Shown piece after piece: positions 18,056 through 28,721 of a stretch of 64,000 bases of DNA; within the stretch, counting starts at the first letter, position 1; every line of letters starts with the position of its first letter. The notes beneath the pieces are model-generated. The model did not search any database, had not been told where the DNA came from, and saw only the letters and a list, made by a program, of their open reading frames with translations. The translations under genes and the position numbers were made by a program. Source of the DNA: Parcubacteria bacterium RAAC4_OD1_1 (lineage in GTDB: Bacteria; Patescibacteriota; Minisyncoccia; Phycocordibacterales; UBA9973); contig AWSN01000001.1 in NCBI GenBank assembly GCA_000505065.1, positions 626,577-690,576 on the forward strand. The letters run 5' to 3'.

Positions 18056-19264
18056 ATGAAGTTTAAATATAAAATACAAAATAAATCTGGAGAAATTGTA
18101 GAAGGGGTTAAAGAGTCTCCTGATAAATTTACATTATCTCGAGATTTAAGACTAGAAGGAGGGACACCTATCTCTATAGAAGAATATAAAGAAAGAAAAT
18201 TTTCATTTAAGATGGATTTATTTGGGCGAGTATCATTATCAGATAAAATAATGTTTACAAATAATTTAAGCGGGATGCTTTCAGCCGGGCTTCCTATCAG
18301 CCGAGCTCTTATAATTCTTGAAAAACAATCCACAAATCAAACATTTAAGAAAGTTTTAAATGAATTAATAGATAATATAAGTAAAGGTAACACTCTTTCA
18401 GATGGTATGAGGAAATTTCCAAAAGTATTCTCTGGGGTTTTTATTCCTATGGTACATTCAGGAGAGGAATCAGGTGGATTACCTAAAGTTTTATCTGAAA
18501 TAGGTCAAAATCTTAAAAAAAGCTATGATTTGAATAAAAAAATTAAAGGAGCCCTTACTTATCCAACTGTGATACTTTCAGCTATGATTTTGATCGGTAT
18601 ATTTATGATGGCCTATGTAGTACCGACTCTTACAAAAACATTTAAAGATATGGGGACAGATTTACCAGCTTCTACTAAATTTATTATTTGGTTATCAGAT
18701 TTTATAAGTAACAATGTTATTTTATTTCTTGTTGCTGTTGTCTTTGTTTTTGTTTCGGTTTATTTTTTATCAAAGTTAAAAATAACCAAAAAGTATTTTG
18801 ATTTTATTATTCTTAGGATTCCAGTTTTAGGTAAGATTGTTATAGAAGTTAACACTGCAAGAACAGCAAGAACTTTGTCGTCTCTTCTTCTTTCAGGTTT
18901 AAATATTTCAAAAGCATTAAGTATTACTGAAGAAGTTTTGCAAAATGTTTATTATAAAAAGATAGTTGCGGATTCAATCATTTCCATAGAGAAAGGTTTC
19001 CCAATTTCTAATTCTTTTAAGAGTAATACTTTTCTTTATCCTATTATGATGAGTGAGATGATAGAAGTAGGAGAGGAAACTGGTAATTTATCCAAAATGC
19101 TTACAGATGTAGCAAGCTTTTATGAAAATGAAGTTGATAATAAAACTAAAAATCTTTCGACCATAGTTGAGCCTGTGCTTATGCTTATTATTGGTGGAGC
19201 TGTAGGGTTCTTTGCAGTGTCGATGATTACTCCAATGTATTCTGTTATGAGTAAAATAAAATAA
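18056..19264 (+). CDS. pilC: Type IV pilus platform protein PilC/GspF
   Basis: GEESGGL, ALTYP, GEETGNL, VEPVLMLIIG. Confidence 0.95.
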   Translation: MKFKYKIQNKSGEIVEGVKESPDKFTLSRDLRLEGGTPISIEEYKERKFSFKMDLFGRVSLSDKIMFTNNLSGMLSAGLPISRALIILEKQSTNQTFKKVLNELIDNISKGNTLSDGMRKFPKVFSGVFIPMVHSGEESGGLPKVLSEIGQNLKKSYDLNKKIKGALTYPTVILSAMILIGIFMMAYVVPTLTKTFKDMGTDLPASTKFIIWLSDFISNNVILFLVAVVFVFVSVYFLSKLKITKKYFDFIILRIPVLGKIVIEVNTARTARTLSSLLLSGLNISKALSITEEVLQNVYYKKIVADSIISIEKGFPISNSFKSNTFLYPIMMSEMIEVGEETGNLSKMLTDVASFYENEVDNKTKNLSTIVEPVLMLIIGGAVGFFAVSMITPMYSVMSKIK

Positions 19265-19265
19265 T

Positions 19266-19742
19266 ATGATTATTTTAAAAAATAAAGGAATAACTATTTT
19301 AGAAATTATTATTGTTATAAGTATTACAATACTTATTGCTTCTATCGTGACTTTAAATTTGTCGGATTTTAAAAGAGCCAGAACTCTTGAGAATGCTACA
19401 AGTGAAATAATTTCTCTTATTAATAAATCTAGAAACAATACAATATCATCATTAAATTCAAGTAATTATAGTATTCATTTTGATTCTGACAAGGTTGTTT
19501 TGTTTTTAGGTAGTACTTATGATCCTAATGCTATAACTAATGAAGTTATGGTTCTCGAGTCTTCTTTAGAAATTCCTATTTCTCTTGGAGTTTCTCTAAA
19601 TGGTGGTGGTTCTGATATCGTTTTTCAAAAGATTACTGGCGAGACAAATAATTATGGTACAATAAATATTAGATTAAAGACGGATATTAATACTTATAGA
19701 ACTATAAATATTAATCAGCTTGGTGTTGTAAGTGAAAATTAG
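19266..19742 (+). CDS. Prepilin-type N-methylation protein (FimT/GspH-like minor pilin)
   Basis: KG-ITILEIIIV class III signal. Confidence 0.85.
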   Translation: MIILKNKGITILEIIIVISITILIASIVTLNLSDFKRARTLENATSEIISLINKSRNNTISSLNSSNYSIHFDSDKVVLFLGSTYDPNAITNEVMVLESSLEIPISLGVSLNGGGSDIVFQKITGETNNYGTINIRLKTDINTYRTININQLGVVSEN

Positions 19743-20237
19743 ATGACAGATAAAATTTTAAAAAATAATAAAGGTTTAACCATCGTAGAAGTTCTTGTGG
19801 CCTGTCTTGTTATTTCAATTACCATTTTTTCTCTTATTTTTGCAGCAAGTAAGGGTATAGAACTTTCATATAATGCAATAGATCAGACTCAGTCAAGTTA
19901 TCTTTTAGAAGAGGGGATAGAAGCTATAAAACTAATAAGAGATGATGATTGGAATAATATAAATATTCTTATTTCTGATGAATCAACTAAATATTATTTA
20001 TTTTGGAATGGAGGAATAAATAAATGGGAGCTTAATACAACCCCATCTCTTATAAATGGTATTTTTACTAGAGAGGTTATTTTTGGTGATGTGTATAGAA
20101 ATGATGATGATGATATAGCTTCATCGGGGACATTAGATCAAGATATAAAAAAGGTGACAGTTAAAGTTTCTTTTAATTCACCAAGTGGTGTAAATGAAAA
20201 TGCAATTAGTTTCTATATTGCTAATATTTTTAATTAA
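19743..20237 (+). CDS. Minor pilin (PilV-like)
   Basis: KG-LTIVEVLVA; EEGIEAIK. Confidence 0.85.
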   Translation: MTDKILKNNKGLTIVEVLVACLVISITIFSLIFAASKGIELSYNAIDQTQSSYLLEEGIEAIKLIRDDDWNNINILISDESTKYYLFWNGGINKWELNTTPSLINGIFTREVIFGDVYRNDDDDIASSGTLDQDIKKVTVKVSFNSPSGVNENAISFYIANIFN

Positions 20238-20238
20238 A

Positions 20239-20724
20239 ATGATTATAAAAAATATAAAATTAGAAAATGGATATAGTATGATAGAGACAATTATCTATTT
20301 GGCAATTTTTACTTTTATTTCTATTTTTGTCATTAATTCTTTTATTATAATTATGTCTTCTTTTTGGGTGACACATTCAAATAGAAATATATTAGAATCA
20401 GGGATAACTTCACTCGAAAGAATAACTAGAGAGATAAGAGAGGCAGAAAGTGCAATAATAAATGAAAATGAAATCATTCTAACTAATGATGAAGATACTG
20501 TTTCTTTTGAATTAGAGGATGGACTTATAAATATGTATGAAAATAGTATATTGATTGGAAATCTTACTAATCCAAATATGATAGTTTCTGATCTTTCTTT
20601 TGCAAGTATTTCAACAACAGAAAGTCAAGGAGTAAAAATACAAATGACTATATCTAATAATAATACCAATAATCCAAGGTCTGAAATTTTTAATAATACA
20701 ATTATTTTAAGAGGTAGTTATTAA
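20239..20724 (+). CDS. Minor pilin (PilW-like)
   Basis: NG-YSMIETIIY; LERITREIREA; start moved to in-frame ATG 20239. Confidence 0.85.
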   Translation: MIIKNIKLENGYSMIETIIYLAIFTFISIFVINSFIIIMSSFWVTHSNRNILESGITSLERITREIREAESAIINENEIILTNDEDTVSFELEDGLINMYENSILIGNLTNPNMIVSDLSFASISTTESQGVKIQMTISNNNTNNPRSEIFNNTIILRGSY

Positions 20725-20726
20725 TT

Positions 20727-22487
20727 ATGATGAAGATTTCAAGATTACAAAAGAATAAGGGTGCCGCGATGATGATTGTTGTTTTCTTTTTTGTAATTAT
20801 AAGTCTTACTATATTAGTCGGAGTTATTTTTCCTGTTGTAAGAGAATTCGGTATTGCTAAAGATAATATTGATTCCAAAAAAGCTTATTTTGCTTCTGAG
20901 TCTGGGCTTGAAGATGTGCTTTATAGAGTAAAGAATGGTATGCAAGTTGATAATATAGAAGATCTTGTAATAGATAGCACAACAGCTCAAACACAAATTA
21001 CCGATATTTCAGGAGGAAAGAAACAAATAACAAGTCTTGGAGATCAAGATTCACATCAAAGAAAAGTTGACATTATAGTTTCTACTGCTTCAGGAGTCTC
21101 TTTTAATTATGGGGTGCTTGTTGGGCAGGGTGGCATTTATCTTGATAGTGGAATTATTTATGGTAATGTTTATGCAAATGGACCAATTATAGCAAGTAGT
21201 TCTGGTTCAAATTTAATATCAGGTTCAGTAATTTCTGCAAATAGTCCAGGAGATATTTCTTCTGATCAATCAAATGGAGTAGGGGTGCCACCATACAATG
21301 TGACTTTTGCTAAAACTTCTTCTTATCAAGATGTAGCACAAAGTTTTCAGGTTTCTAATTCTAATGCTTTAAATAAGATTCAAATTTATGTAAAAAAAGT
21401 TGGAAGTCCAAGTAATGTTGTAATTAAAATAGTTAACGATTCAAATGGCAATCCAGGATCTACCACTCTTGCTTCGGGGACATTATCTTCTTCATCAGTC
21501 ACTACTTCTTATGGATGGATTAATGTATCTTTTGATAATAATCCGGTCTTAGAAATAGGGAAAACATATTGGCTGGTTGTCGATGCTTCATACTCAAATT
21601 CAAAATACTATGTAATCGGTGCAAATTCTAATGGTTATGGAAATGGTGTGGGGAAAATTGGACAATTTGGTTCTTCTTGGTCAAACACAACTCCATCAGG
21701 TCTTGATTATTATTTTAATATATTTTTAGGAGGAGCAACTGGCTTTATTTCCGGAGTTGATCAATATAATAGATTAAATTTAGGGACAGAACCTGGCTCT
21801 ATTGTTCATGCAAATACAGTTCAATATGTAAATACAACAGGAGCACTTTATTGTAAAATAGATATAAGTAACAATAAAGAATGTTTACCTAGGACAGATC
21901 CAGTTTATATAGAATATCCAATATCCGAAGCAAATATTTTAGAGTGGGAAAATGGAGCAGAAACAGGTGGTATTTATAATGGAGATTATAATGTTGGATG
22001 GGCTGGGGCTACACTTGGACCAAAAAAAATAAATGGTAGCTTATCTGTATCTGGTGGTGGAGTACTTAATATAACTGGTAATTTATGGGTGACAGGAAAT
22101 CTAAACTTAAATGGTGGTGGTACGATAAAGCTTGATTCAAGTTATGGAGAAAATGATGCTGTGGTGGTTGTAGATGGTACTATAAGTGTATCTGGTGGTG
22201 GAAATGCTACTGGGTCTGGAGTTGAGGGGAGTTATATTATGCTTTTAACTAAAAGTAACTCTATTTCAGCTGCAGATATTTCTGGAGGGGCTGGAGCAAT
22301 GATCCTTTATGCTCCAAATGGCACCTTAAAAATATCTGGGGGGACATCATTAAAAGAAGCGACAGCTTACAAGATGAATATTACAGGTAATTCTAGTATT
22401 ACTTATGAATCAGGGCTAACAAATAATAATTTTTCAAGTGGACCATCAGGTACTTGGAGTATAAATTCATGGGGAGAAATTGAATAA
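20727..22487 (+). CDS. PilX-like minor pilin with large Gly-rich beta domain
   Basis: KGAAMMIVV; AYFASESGLED; C-terminal SWGE. Confidence 0.8.
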   Translation: MMKISRLQKNKGAAMMIVVFFFVIISLTILVGVIFPVVREFGIAKDNIDSKKAYFASESGLEDVLYRVKNGMQVDNIEDLVIDSTTAQTQITDISGGKKQITSLGDQDSHQRKVDIIVSTASGVSFNYGVLVGQGGIYLDSGIIYGNVYANGPIIASSSGSNLISGSVISANSPGDISSDQSNGVGVPPYNVTFAKTSSYQDVAQSFQVSNSNALNKIQIYVKKVGSPSNVVIKIVNDSNGNPGSTTLASGTLSSSSVTTSYGWINVSFDNNPVLEIGKTYWLVVDASYSNSKYYVIGANSNGYGNGVGKIGQFGSSWSNTTPSGLDYYFNIFLGGATGFISGVDQYNRLNLGTEPGSIVHANTVQYVNTTGALYCKIDISNNKECLPRTDPVYIEYPISEANILEWENGAETGGIYNGDYNVGWAGATLGPKKINGSLSVSGGGVLNITGNLWVTGNLNLNGGGTIKLDSSYGENDAVVVVDGTISVSGGGNATGSGVEGSYIMLLTKSNSISAADISGGAGAMILYAPNGTLKISGGTSLKEATAYKMNITGNSSITYESGLTNNNFSSGPSGTWSINSWGEIE

Positions 22488-22507
22488 TTGTGGTATAATA
22501 TAATGGT

Positions 22508-23263
22508 ATGAATAAAATTATAGTAGCTAACTGGAAAATGAATCCACAAAACAGTAAAAGTGCGGAGAAGATTTTTTTTGATATTTCTAAAAAGATTAAT
22601 AATAAAAAAAATGAAGTTGTTATTTGTCCACCTTATCCATTTTTATTTATTAAAAATAAATTAAAAGATAAAAAAATAAAACTGGGAAGCCAAGATGTTT
22701 TTTTTGAAAAAGAAGGATCTTTTACTGGAGAAGTTTCATCATCAATGCTTTCTGATTTTGGAGTTTCTTATACAATTTTAGGTCATTCAGAGAGAAGAGC
22801 TTTAGGGGAAGATAATACTTTGATAAATAAAAAAATAAAAGCATTATTAAAATCAAAAATTAAGCCAATTTTGTGTGTAGGCGAAACAGATAGAGACCAT
22901 AACGGTTTTTATCTGTCTTTGATTAAAAGTCAGATAGAAGAAGGTTTGAAAGATGTTACAAAAAATCAAATCAAAAATATTATTATTGCTTATGAACCAA
23001 TCTGGGCTATTGGTAAAGATGCTAATAGAGAAGCAACACCTCAAGAGTTTATAGAAATAAAAATATTTATAAAAAAGATTTTATCTATTCTTTATGGACC
23101 TAAGATTGTAGATAGTGTTTTTGTTTTGTATGGGGGATCCGTACATCCTTCCAATGCATCTTCTTTTGTAAAAGAAGGTGATGCCGATGGACTTTTAGTA
23201 GGTAGAGATAGTTTAAATCCTGATAAATTTTTAGACATTGTAAGTATTTTAAATAATATATGA
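22508..23263 (+). CDS. tpiA: Triosephosphate isomerase
   Basis: ANWKMN, GHSERR, AYEPIWAIG, YGGSV. Confidence 0.97.
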   Translation: MNKIIVANWKMNPQNSKSAEKIFFDISKKINNKKNEVVICPPYPFLFIKNKLKDKKIKLGSQDVFFEKEGSFTGEVSSSMLSDFGVSYTILGHSERRALGEDNTLINKKIKALLKSKIKPILCVGETDRDHNGFYLSLIKSQIEEGLKDVTKNQIKNIIIAYEPIWAIGKDANREATPQEFIEIKIFIKKILSILYGPKIVDSVFVLYGGSVHPSNASSFVKEGDADGLLVGRDSLNPDKFLDIVSILNNI

Positions 23264-24381
23264 AAAATATAAAAGAAATTAAAAATATAAAAGGTAAAAA
23301 GATTTTAATTCGAGTAGATTTTAATGTTCCACTCAAAGGAGATGCTATTGTTGATGATTTTCGTATTAAGTCTGCTATCCCCACTATATCTTATCTTCAA
23401 AAGAATGGTGGCAAATTAATCCTTTTATCTCATATAGGAGAAGATGGAGAGAAAAGTCTTTTTCCTGTTTTTAAATATTTAAAGAAAAAATTAAAAGATA
23501 TTTATTTTGCTGGTGAAAAAATGCTTTCTGATGATACTTTGAAAATGATAGATAATATGAAAAATGGAGAAATAATACTTCTTGAGAATATAAGAAGAGA
23601 AAATGGAGAAAAAGAAAATTCTGTTTCTTTTGCAAGAGGTCTTTCTAGGTATGGCGATATTTATGTAAATGATGCATTTTCTGTGTCACATAGATCCCAT
23701 GCTTCTGTTGTAGGTATTCCTAAATTCTTAGATAGTTATGCAGGATTACAATTAGAAAGTGAAGTTAAAAATTTATCTAAAGCTTTTGAGCCTCCACAAC
23801 CTTTTCTTTTTATTTTGGGTGGTGCTAAATTTGAAACAAAAATACCTTTAATTAATAAATTTATAAAAAAAGCCGACACACTTTTTGTGGGAGGTGCGAT
23901 TGCTAATGATTTTATAAAAATGAAAGGTTTTGAAGTAGGGGAGTCAGTTGTTTCTCCTGATATTTCAGTTGTTAAAAAGTTTTTAAGGAACCCTAATCTT
24001 GTGGTCCCAACTGATGTGATCTTGTGGGATGGTAATAAATCTAGAAATGCCAAAATAGACGAAGTTAAAAAGAATGAGATTATTTTTGATATAGGGTTAG
24101 AATCATTATCTAAATTAAAAGAATTGATTTCCAAATCAAAATTTGTTTTATGGAATGGACCTCTTGGTAAATATGAAAATAATTTTGGTGGAGGAACAGA
24201 AGAAATACTTAAATTTATAGCTAAAAGTAAAACTACTAGTATTATAGGTGGAGGTGATACTGCTTCACTTGTAAATAAACTTAAATTGCAGGATAAATTT
24301 ACTTTTGTTTCAACTGGTGGTGGGTCTACTCTTGATTTTCTTGCAAATGGTACTCTTCCAGGAATAAAAGCTTTAAAATAA
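23260..24381 (+). CDS. pgk: Phosphoglycerate kinase
   Basis: RVDFNVP, NDAFSVSHR, WNGPLG, STGGG. Confidence 0.97.
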   Translation: MKNIKEIKNIKGKKILIRVDFNVPLKGDAIVDDFRIKSAIPTISYLQKNGGKLILLSHIGEDGEKSLFPVFKYLKKKLKDIYFAGEKMLSDDTLKMIDNMKNGEIILLENIRRENGEKENSVSFARGLSRYGDIYVNDAFSVSHRSHASVVGIPKFLDSYAGLQLESEVKNLSKAFEPPQPFLFILGGAKFETKIPLINKFIKKADTLFVGGAIANDFIKMKGFEVGESVVSPDISVVKKFLRNPNLVVPTDVILWDGNKSRNAKIDEVKKNEIIFDIGLESLSKLKELISKSKFVLWNGPLGKYENNFGGGTEEILKFIAKSKTTSIIGGGDTASLVNKLKLQDKFTFVSTGGGSTLDFLANGTLPGIKALK

Positions 24382-24392
24382 TAAATAATTAC

Positions 24393-24412
24393 ACCCCGAC
24401 CGAAGGTCGGGG
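24393..24412. repeat. REP-like/terminator hairpin with GAA loop
   Basis: CCCCGACC-GAA-GGTCGGGG; relatives at 40033-40056 and 48796-48826. Confidence 0.55.
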
Positions 24413-24455
24413 CGTAGTGTTCTTAAGGTAACTCTTTTATGATACAATCACTATT

Positions 24456-26135
24456 ATGCCAAATCATGATGAATTACTAGAAATACTTTTAAATAATAGA
24501 GGAATAAAAAGGGAAGATTGGGATAGTTTTTTAAATCCCTCTTATGATCTGCATCTATATGATCCATATTTACTCAAAGATATGGAGCTTGCTGTACTTA
24601 GAATTTATGAAGCAGTAGAAGCAAAAGAAAAAATTGTTATATATAGTGATTATGATGCAGATGGGATACCATCTGCTGTTATTATGAGTGATTTTTTTAA
24701 AAAAATTGGATTTGATAATTTTGTTGTTTATATTCCAGACAGACACGATGAAGGTTATGGACTTCATATGGAAGCTATAAAAGAATTTATAAAAAACGGA
24801 GTTAGTCTTCTTATTACTTTTGATCTTGGCATAACAGCTATAGATGAAGTAGTAGAAGCAAAAGCAAATGATATTGATATTATTATAGTTGACCATCATT
24901 TACCAATTAAAGATAACGAAGGTAAGGATGTTTTACCAAAAGCTTATGCGGTTGTTGATCCTAAACGTACAGATTGTAATTATAAAGATGAAATGCTTTG
25001 TGGTGCAGGGCTTGCTTACAAGCTTATTCAAGCTCTTGTTTTTAAATATGGAGAATATTGGAAAATAAATAAAGGTTGGGAAAAATGGTTGCTTGATATG
25101 GCAGGAATTGCTACTTTGGCAGATCAAGTTCCTCTTCTTAATGAAAATAGAATCATTGCTTATTATGGGTTAAAAGTTCTAAGAAAAAGTAAAAGACCAG
25201 GATTGTTTGAACTTTTTAAAAAAAATGGAATAGAAATGAAAAATATCGCTGAAGAAGATATTACTTTTACTTTGGCTCCTCGTATTAATGTAGCTTCTCG
25301 GATGGATAATCCAATGCTCGCTTTTAATCTTTTATCTGAAAATGATTCTTCCAGAGCAAAAAATATCGTTGATATTCTTGAAAAAATAAATAATGAAAGG
25401 AAAATTTCTGTTGCAAGTATTATGAAAGAAGTAAAACATAAAATTACTAAAAAATATAAAGATGAGGATTTAGACAATGTTTCTTTTTTCGTTTTAGGAG
25501 ATCCTAAATGGCATATTGGAGTTTTGGGTATTGTAGCTTCTAAAATTGTGGATGAATATAAGAAATCTGTTTTTGTCTGGGGTGGAAATGATGGAGAAAT
25601 AAGAGGTTCTTGTAGAGGGTATGGAGATGTAAATCTTGTAAAAATTATGTCTTTATTACCAGAAGGTTCTCTGCTTAATTTTGGAGGGCATAAAAGTGCT
25701 GGAGGATTTTCTGTTAATCGCGAGGAGATTCATTTTTTAGAAGAAAGATTAGGAAATGTTTTTACTCTAGAGACTGACCAAAAAATAAATGAAAGATTAA
25801 TTGATGCAGAGATAAGTATTGATGATGTTAATTTAGATAATTATAAAGTTATAGAAAAGCTAGCTCCTTATGGAGAGGGGAACCCAAAGCCAGTTTTTAA
25901 GCTTAAAAATTTGGTAGTTGATTATATTAAAGAGTTTGGTAAAGAAAAAAATCATTTGGAATTAGGATTTAAGAATAGTAAAGGAAAAATAATCAAAGCA
26001 ATTTCATTTTTTAAAACACGGAATGATTTTAATAATTTAAAAGAAGGTGAAAATATAGATATGATATCTACTTTTGAAAAGAGTAATTTTTTAGGTAGAG
26101 AAGAATTAAGATTAAGAATAGTAGACATTTTGTAA
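24456..26135 (+). CDS. recJ: ssDNA exonuclease RecJ
   Basis: DYDADG, DHH, APRIN, GGHKSAGG, PYGEGNPKP. Confidence 0.95.
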   Translation: MPNHDELLEILLNNRGIKREDWDSFLNPSYDLHLYDPYLLKDMELAVLRIYEAVEAKEKIVIYSDYDADGIPSAVIMSDFFKKIGFDNFVVYIPDRHDEGYGLHMEAIKEFIKNGVSLLITFDLGITAIDEVVEAKANDIDIIIVDHHLPIKDNEGKDVLPKAYAVVDPKRTDCNYKDEMLCGAGLAYKLIQALVFKYGEYWKINKGWEKWLLDMAGIATLADQVPLLNENRIIAYYGLKVLRKSKRPGLFELFKKNGIEMKNIAEEDITFTLAPRINVASRMDNPMLAFNLLSENDSSRAKNIVDILEKINNERKISVASIMKEVKHKITKKYKDEDLDNVSFFVLGDPKWHIGVLGIVASKIVDEYKKSVFVWGGNDGEIRGSCRGYGDVNLVKIMSLLPEGSLLNFGGHKSAGGFSVNREEIHFLEERLGNVFTLETDQKINERLIDAEISIDDVNLDNYKVIEKLAPYGEGNPKPVFKLKNLVVDYIKEFGKEKNHLELGFKNSKGKIIKAISFFKTRNDFNNLKEGENIDMISTFEKSNFLGREELRLRIVDIL

Positions 26136-26185
26136 TTATAGTTTATATATTTGATTTATATATATTGGTGTGAAATAATAAAAAT

Positions 26186-26644
26186 ATGGAAAATAATTTA
26201 GAAATTTATACAGACGGTTCATCACTTGGGAACCCAGGCCCTGGAGGCTTTGGGGTCGTCGTTGTATCTCAAAATAAAATAATTAAAGAGCTTGGTGGGG
26301 GAGATAAACATACTACTAATAATAAAATGGAATTACAAGGTGCTATACAAGCTTTAAAATATTTAATAGAAAATAATTTTAATAAATGTGATATTTATGC
26401 GGACTCCTCATATGTTTTGAATGGGGTAACTTCTTGGATTTATGGTTGGGAGAAAAATGGTTGGAGGACTGCAAACAAAAAACCTGTTTTAAATCAAGAA
26501 TTATGGATGGAGTTAGTTGCCCTAGATCGAGAACTTAAAGGTAAAGTTTCTTGGAAAAAAGTAAAAGGCCACTCAGGGCATACTTACAATGACAAGGCAG
26601 ACGAAATCGCAACTTTTAATGCTGCTAAAATTAAATTAAATTAA
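26186..26644 (+). CDS. rnhA: Ribonuclease HI
   Basis: YTDGSSLGNPGPGG, TTNNKMEL, KVKGHSG..ND.AD. Confidence 0.97.
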   Translation: MENNLEIYTDGSSLGNPGPGGFGVVVVSQNKIIKELGGGDKHTTNNKMELQGAIQALKYLIENNFNKCDIYADSSYVLNGVTSWIYGWEKNGWRTANKKPVLNQELWMELVALDRELKGKVSWKKVKGHSGHTYNDKADEIATFNAAKIKLN

Positions 26645-26737
26645 ATAGCTTCTTTCAAAATGCACACATAATTTTCTACTGAAAATTTGCTCTGCTCGGC
26701 CCGTCGGCCTGCGCAAGGCATTTTTCAAGAACTATTT
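26643..26737. repeat. 95-bp structured repeat, copy 1
   Basis: Reverse complement closely matches 49492-49586; termini AAATAGCTTCT/AGAACTATTT. Confidence 0.85.
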
Positions 26738-26754
26738 AATTTAATTTTTTAAAA

Positions 26755-28077
26755 ATGCTATCTAAAAAAGAAATAATTATAATAATTTTTCTTTTGTGTA
26801 TCGGGGCTACTCGGTATTTCTTTTTTATTCCTAAGGCTCCAGAATTAAAAAATTTTGTAAGTAAAGAAGTTCTTGTGGAGGGTATCGTGTATAGCTATCC
26901 AGCAGAGAGTAGTGCCACACTTAGGTTTAATTTAAAACAATCAAATGAAAATAATTATTTCCTTATCTCAACAGATAAAGGCCAAGATATTTTTTATGGA
27001 GATAAATTAAAAGTGAAAGGAATTCTCAAAGAACCAGATAATTTTATGACAAATACTGGGAGAGAATTTAATTATAAAAGATATTTATCAAACAAAAATA
27101 TATATTATATTGTCGATAAATCAGAAATTGATATTCTAGATAAGGAATATAAAAAAGATTTACGTTTTTGGCTTTATAAAATAAGGAAATCTTTTTCTTT
27201 AAACATTTTACGAACCATTTCTTATCCGGAGAATAGTTTATCACTCGGGCTTCTCTTAGGGGATAAAAGTGGCTTTGATAGAAAGATGGATGAAGATTTT
27301 ATAAAGACAGGGACTATTCATATTGTGGCTCTTTCTGGATACAATATTACTATAATTGCTGAGAACGTTATTAAAATATTTGAACTTATTGTTTCCAAAA
27401 ATCTATCAATCATTTTTTCTTTTTTTACAATCGTTTTATTTGTAATAATGACAGGAGGTGAGGCGACTGCAATTCGTGCTGGTATTATGGCGAGTATTTT
27501 ACTTTTATCTAAAATTTTAGGAAAAAATTATTATGCCAAGAGAATTCTTTTTATTGCTTTCTTTTTAATGATTGCTTATGATCCTAGGTATATAATCGAT
27601 ATGTCTTTTCAACTTTCGTTTCTTGCGACATTTGGAATACTTTATATTCACCCTAAGATTTTTTATTATCTTAGATTTATCACTATTCGTTTTAAATTGA
27701 GAGAAACTATTTCCACAACTCTTTCTGCTACGATTGCAGTTTTACCTCTCATCCTTTATTCAACTGGGGTTTTGTCTATTGTTTCACTTCCGGCTAATGT
27801 ATTTATCCTTCCTATTATTCCTTTTGCTATGCTGTTTAGCTTTATTACAAGTTTATTTACTTTTATATCCCCATATATAGCTTATCCTTTTGCTTTGATT
27901 AGCGAAATCATTTTGTCTTATGTTTTAAAAATTATTGAAATATTTTCATCCTTTTCATTTGCAAGTATAAATGTAAGTCAATTTTCAATAATATTTGTTT
28001 TTATTATTTATGGAATTATAATTTATCTCTTGTTTAAGAAAAATAAAAATTCCCCTAGGTCTGACCTAGGGGAATAA
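26755..28077 (+). CDS. comEC: ComEC competence channel (OB-fold + Competence domain)
   Basis: HIVALSGYNI, SFQLSFLAT, multiple TM segments. Confidence 0.92.
   Translation: MLSKKEIIIIIFLLCIGATRYFFFIPKAPELKNFVSKEVLVEGIVYSYPAESSATLRFNLKQSNENNYFLISTDKGQDIFYGDKLKVKGILKEPDNFMTNTGREFNYKRYLSNKNIYYIVDKSEIDILDKEYKKDLRFWLYKIRKSFSLNILRTISYPENSLSLGLLLGDKSGFDRKMDEDFIKTGTIHIVALSGYNITIIAENVIKIFELIVSKNLSIIFSFFTIVLFVIMTGGEATAIRAGIMASILLLSKILGKNYYAKRILFIAFFLMIAYDPRYIIDMSFQLSFLATFGILYIHPKIFYYLRFITIRFKLRETISTTLSATIAVLPLILYSTGVLSIVSLPANVFILPIIPFAMLFSFITSLFTFISPYIAYPFALISEIILSYVLKIIEIFSSFSFASINVSQFSIIFVFIIYGIIIYLLFKKNKNSPRSDLGE
28049..28075. repeat. REP (AGGTC-N-GACCT core) overlapping the comEC 3' end
   Basis: ATTCCCCTAGGTC-T-GACCTAGGGGAAT. 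Confidence 0.75.
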
Positions 28078-28093
28078 AATTCTATATTTAGTT

Positions 28094-28678
28094 TTATTTA
28101 AAATTTTTCTCCACATTTTCCCAGTTTAAGTTTTCAAAAAAAGCTTCAATATATTTTTTCTTTTCGGCTGGTGTGTAGTCTAAATAATATGAATGCTCCC
28201 ACATATCAAGAGCGAGCACGATAGAGCACCCTGCTAAATGTCCCATATGCTGTTCATCTACCCATGTTATTAAAAGTTTGTTACTTTCTTTATCAAAATA
28301 AAGCATTGCCCAGCCAATACCTCGAGTGAGGGCTACAAATTTAAAATGCTCTAGAAAGGTTTCAAAATTTCCCCAATCTTCTTCTATTTTTTTATAAAGA
28401 ATCCCATCTTTATTTATTTCTTTTGGTCCATCTGAAAGTGAAGAAAAATAATACTCATGATTTCTCATTCCACCGAATTCAAATCCTAATCTGCGTTGTG
28501 CTTCAGCTAGTAAATAAGCATTCTTTTCAGGATCATTTTTAAGTTCATATAATTTATTAAAAATTGTATTAGTATTATTTACATATCCCTTATAAAGCTT
28601 TAAATGTTCCTCAATTGTTTTCTCGCTTATTCCTTTTAATTCACCTATGTTAAATTCTTTTGGTTTAAAAGTTTCCAT
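28094..28678 (-). CDS. Fe/Mn superoxide dismutase
   Basis: EEHLKLYKGYV, NHEYYF, DMWEHSYYLDY. Confidence 0.93.
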   Translation of the reverse strand: METFKPKEFNIGELKGISEKTIEEHLKLYKGYVNNTNTIFNKLYELKNDPEKNAYLLAEAQRRLGFEFGGMRNHEYYFSSLSDGPKEINKDGILYKKIEEDWGNFETFLEHFKFVALTRGIGWAMLYFDKESNKLLITWVDEQHMGHLAGCSIVLALDMWEHSYYLDYTPAEKKKYIEAFFENLNWENVEKNFK

Positions 28679-28721
28679 ATTTATAATTATAATGTTTTAA
28701 TGTTAATATATTAATTATAAC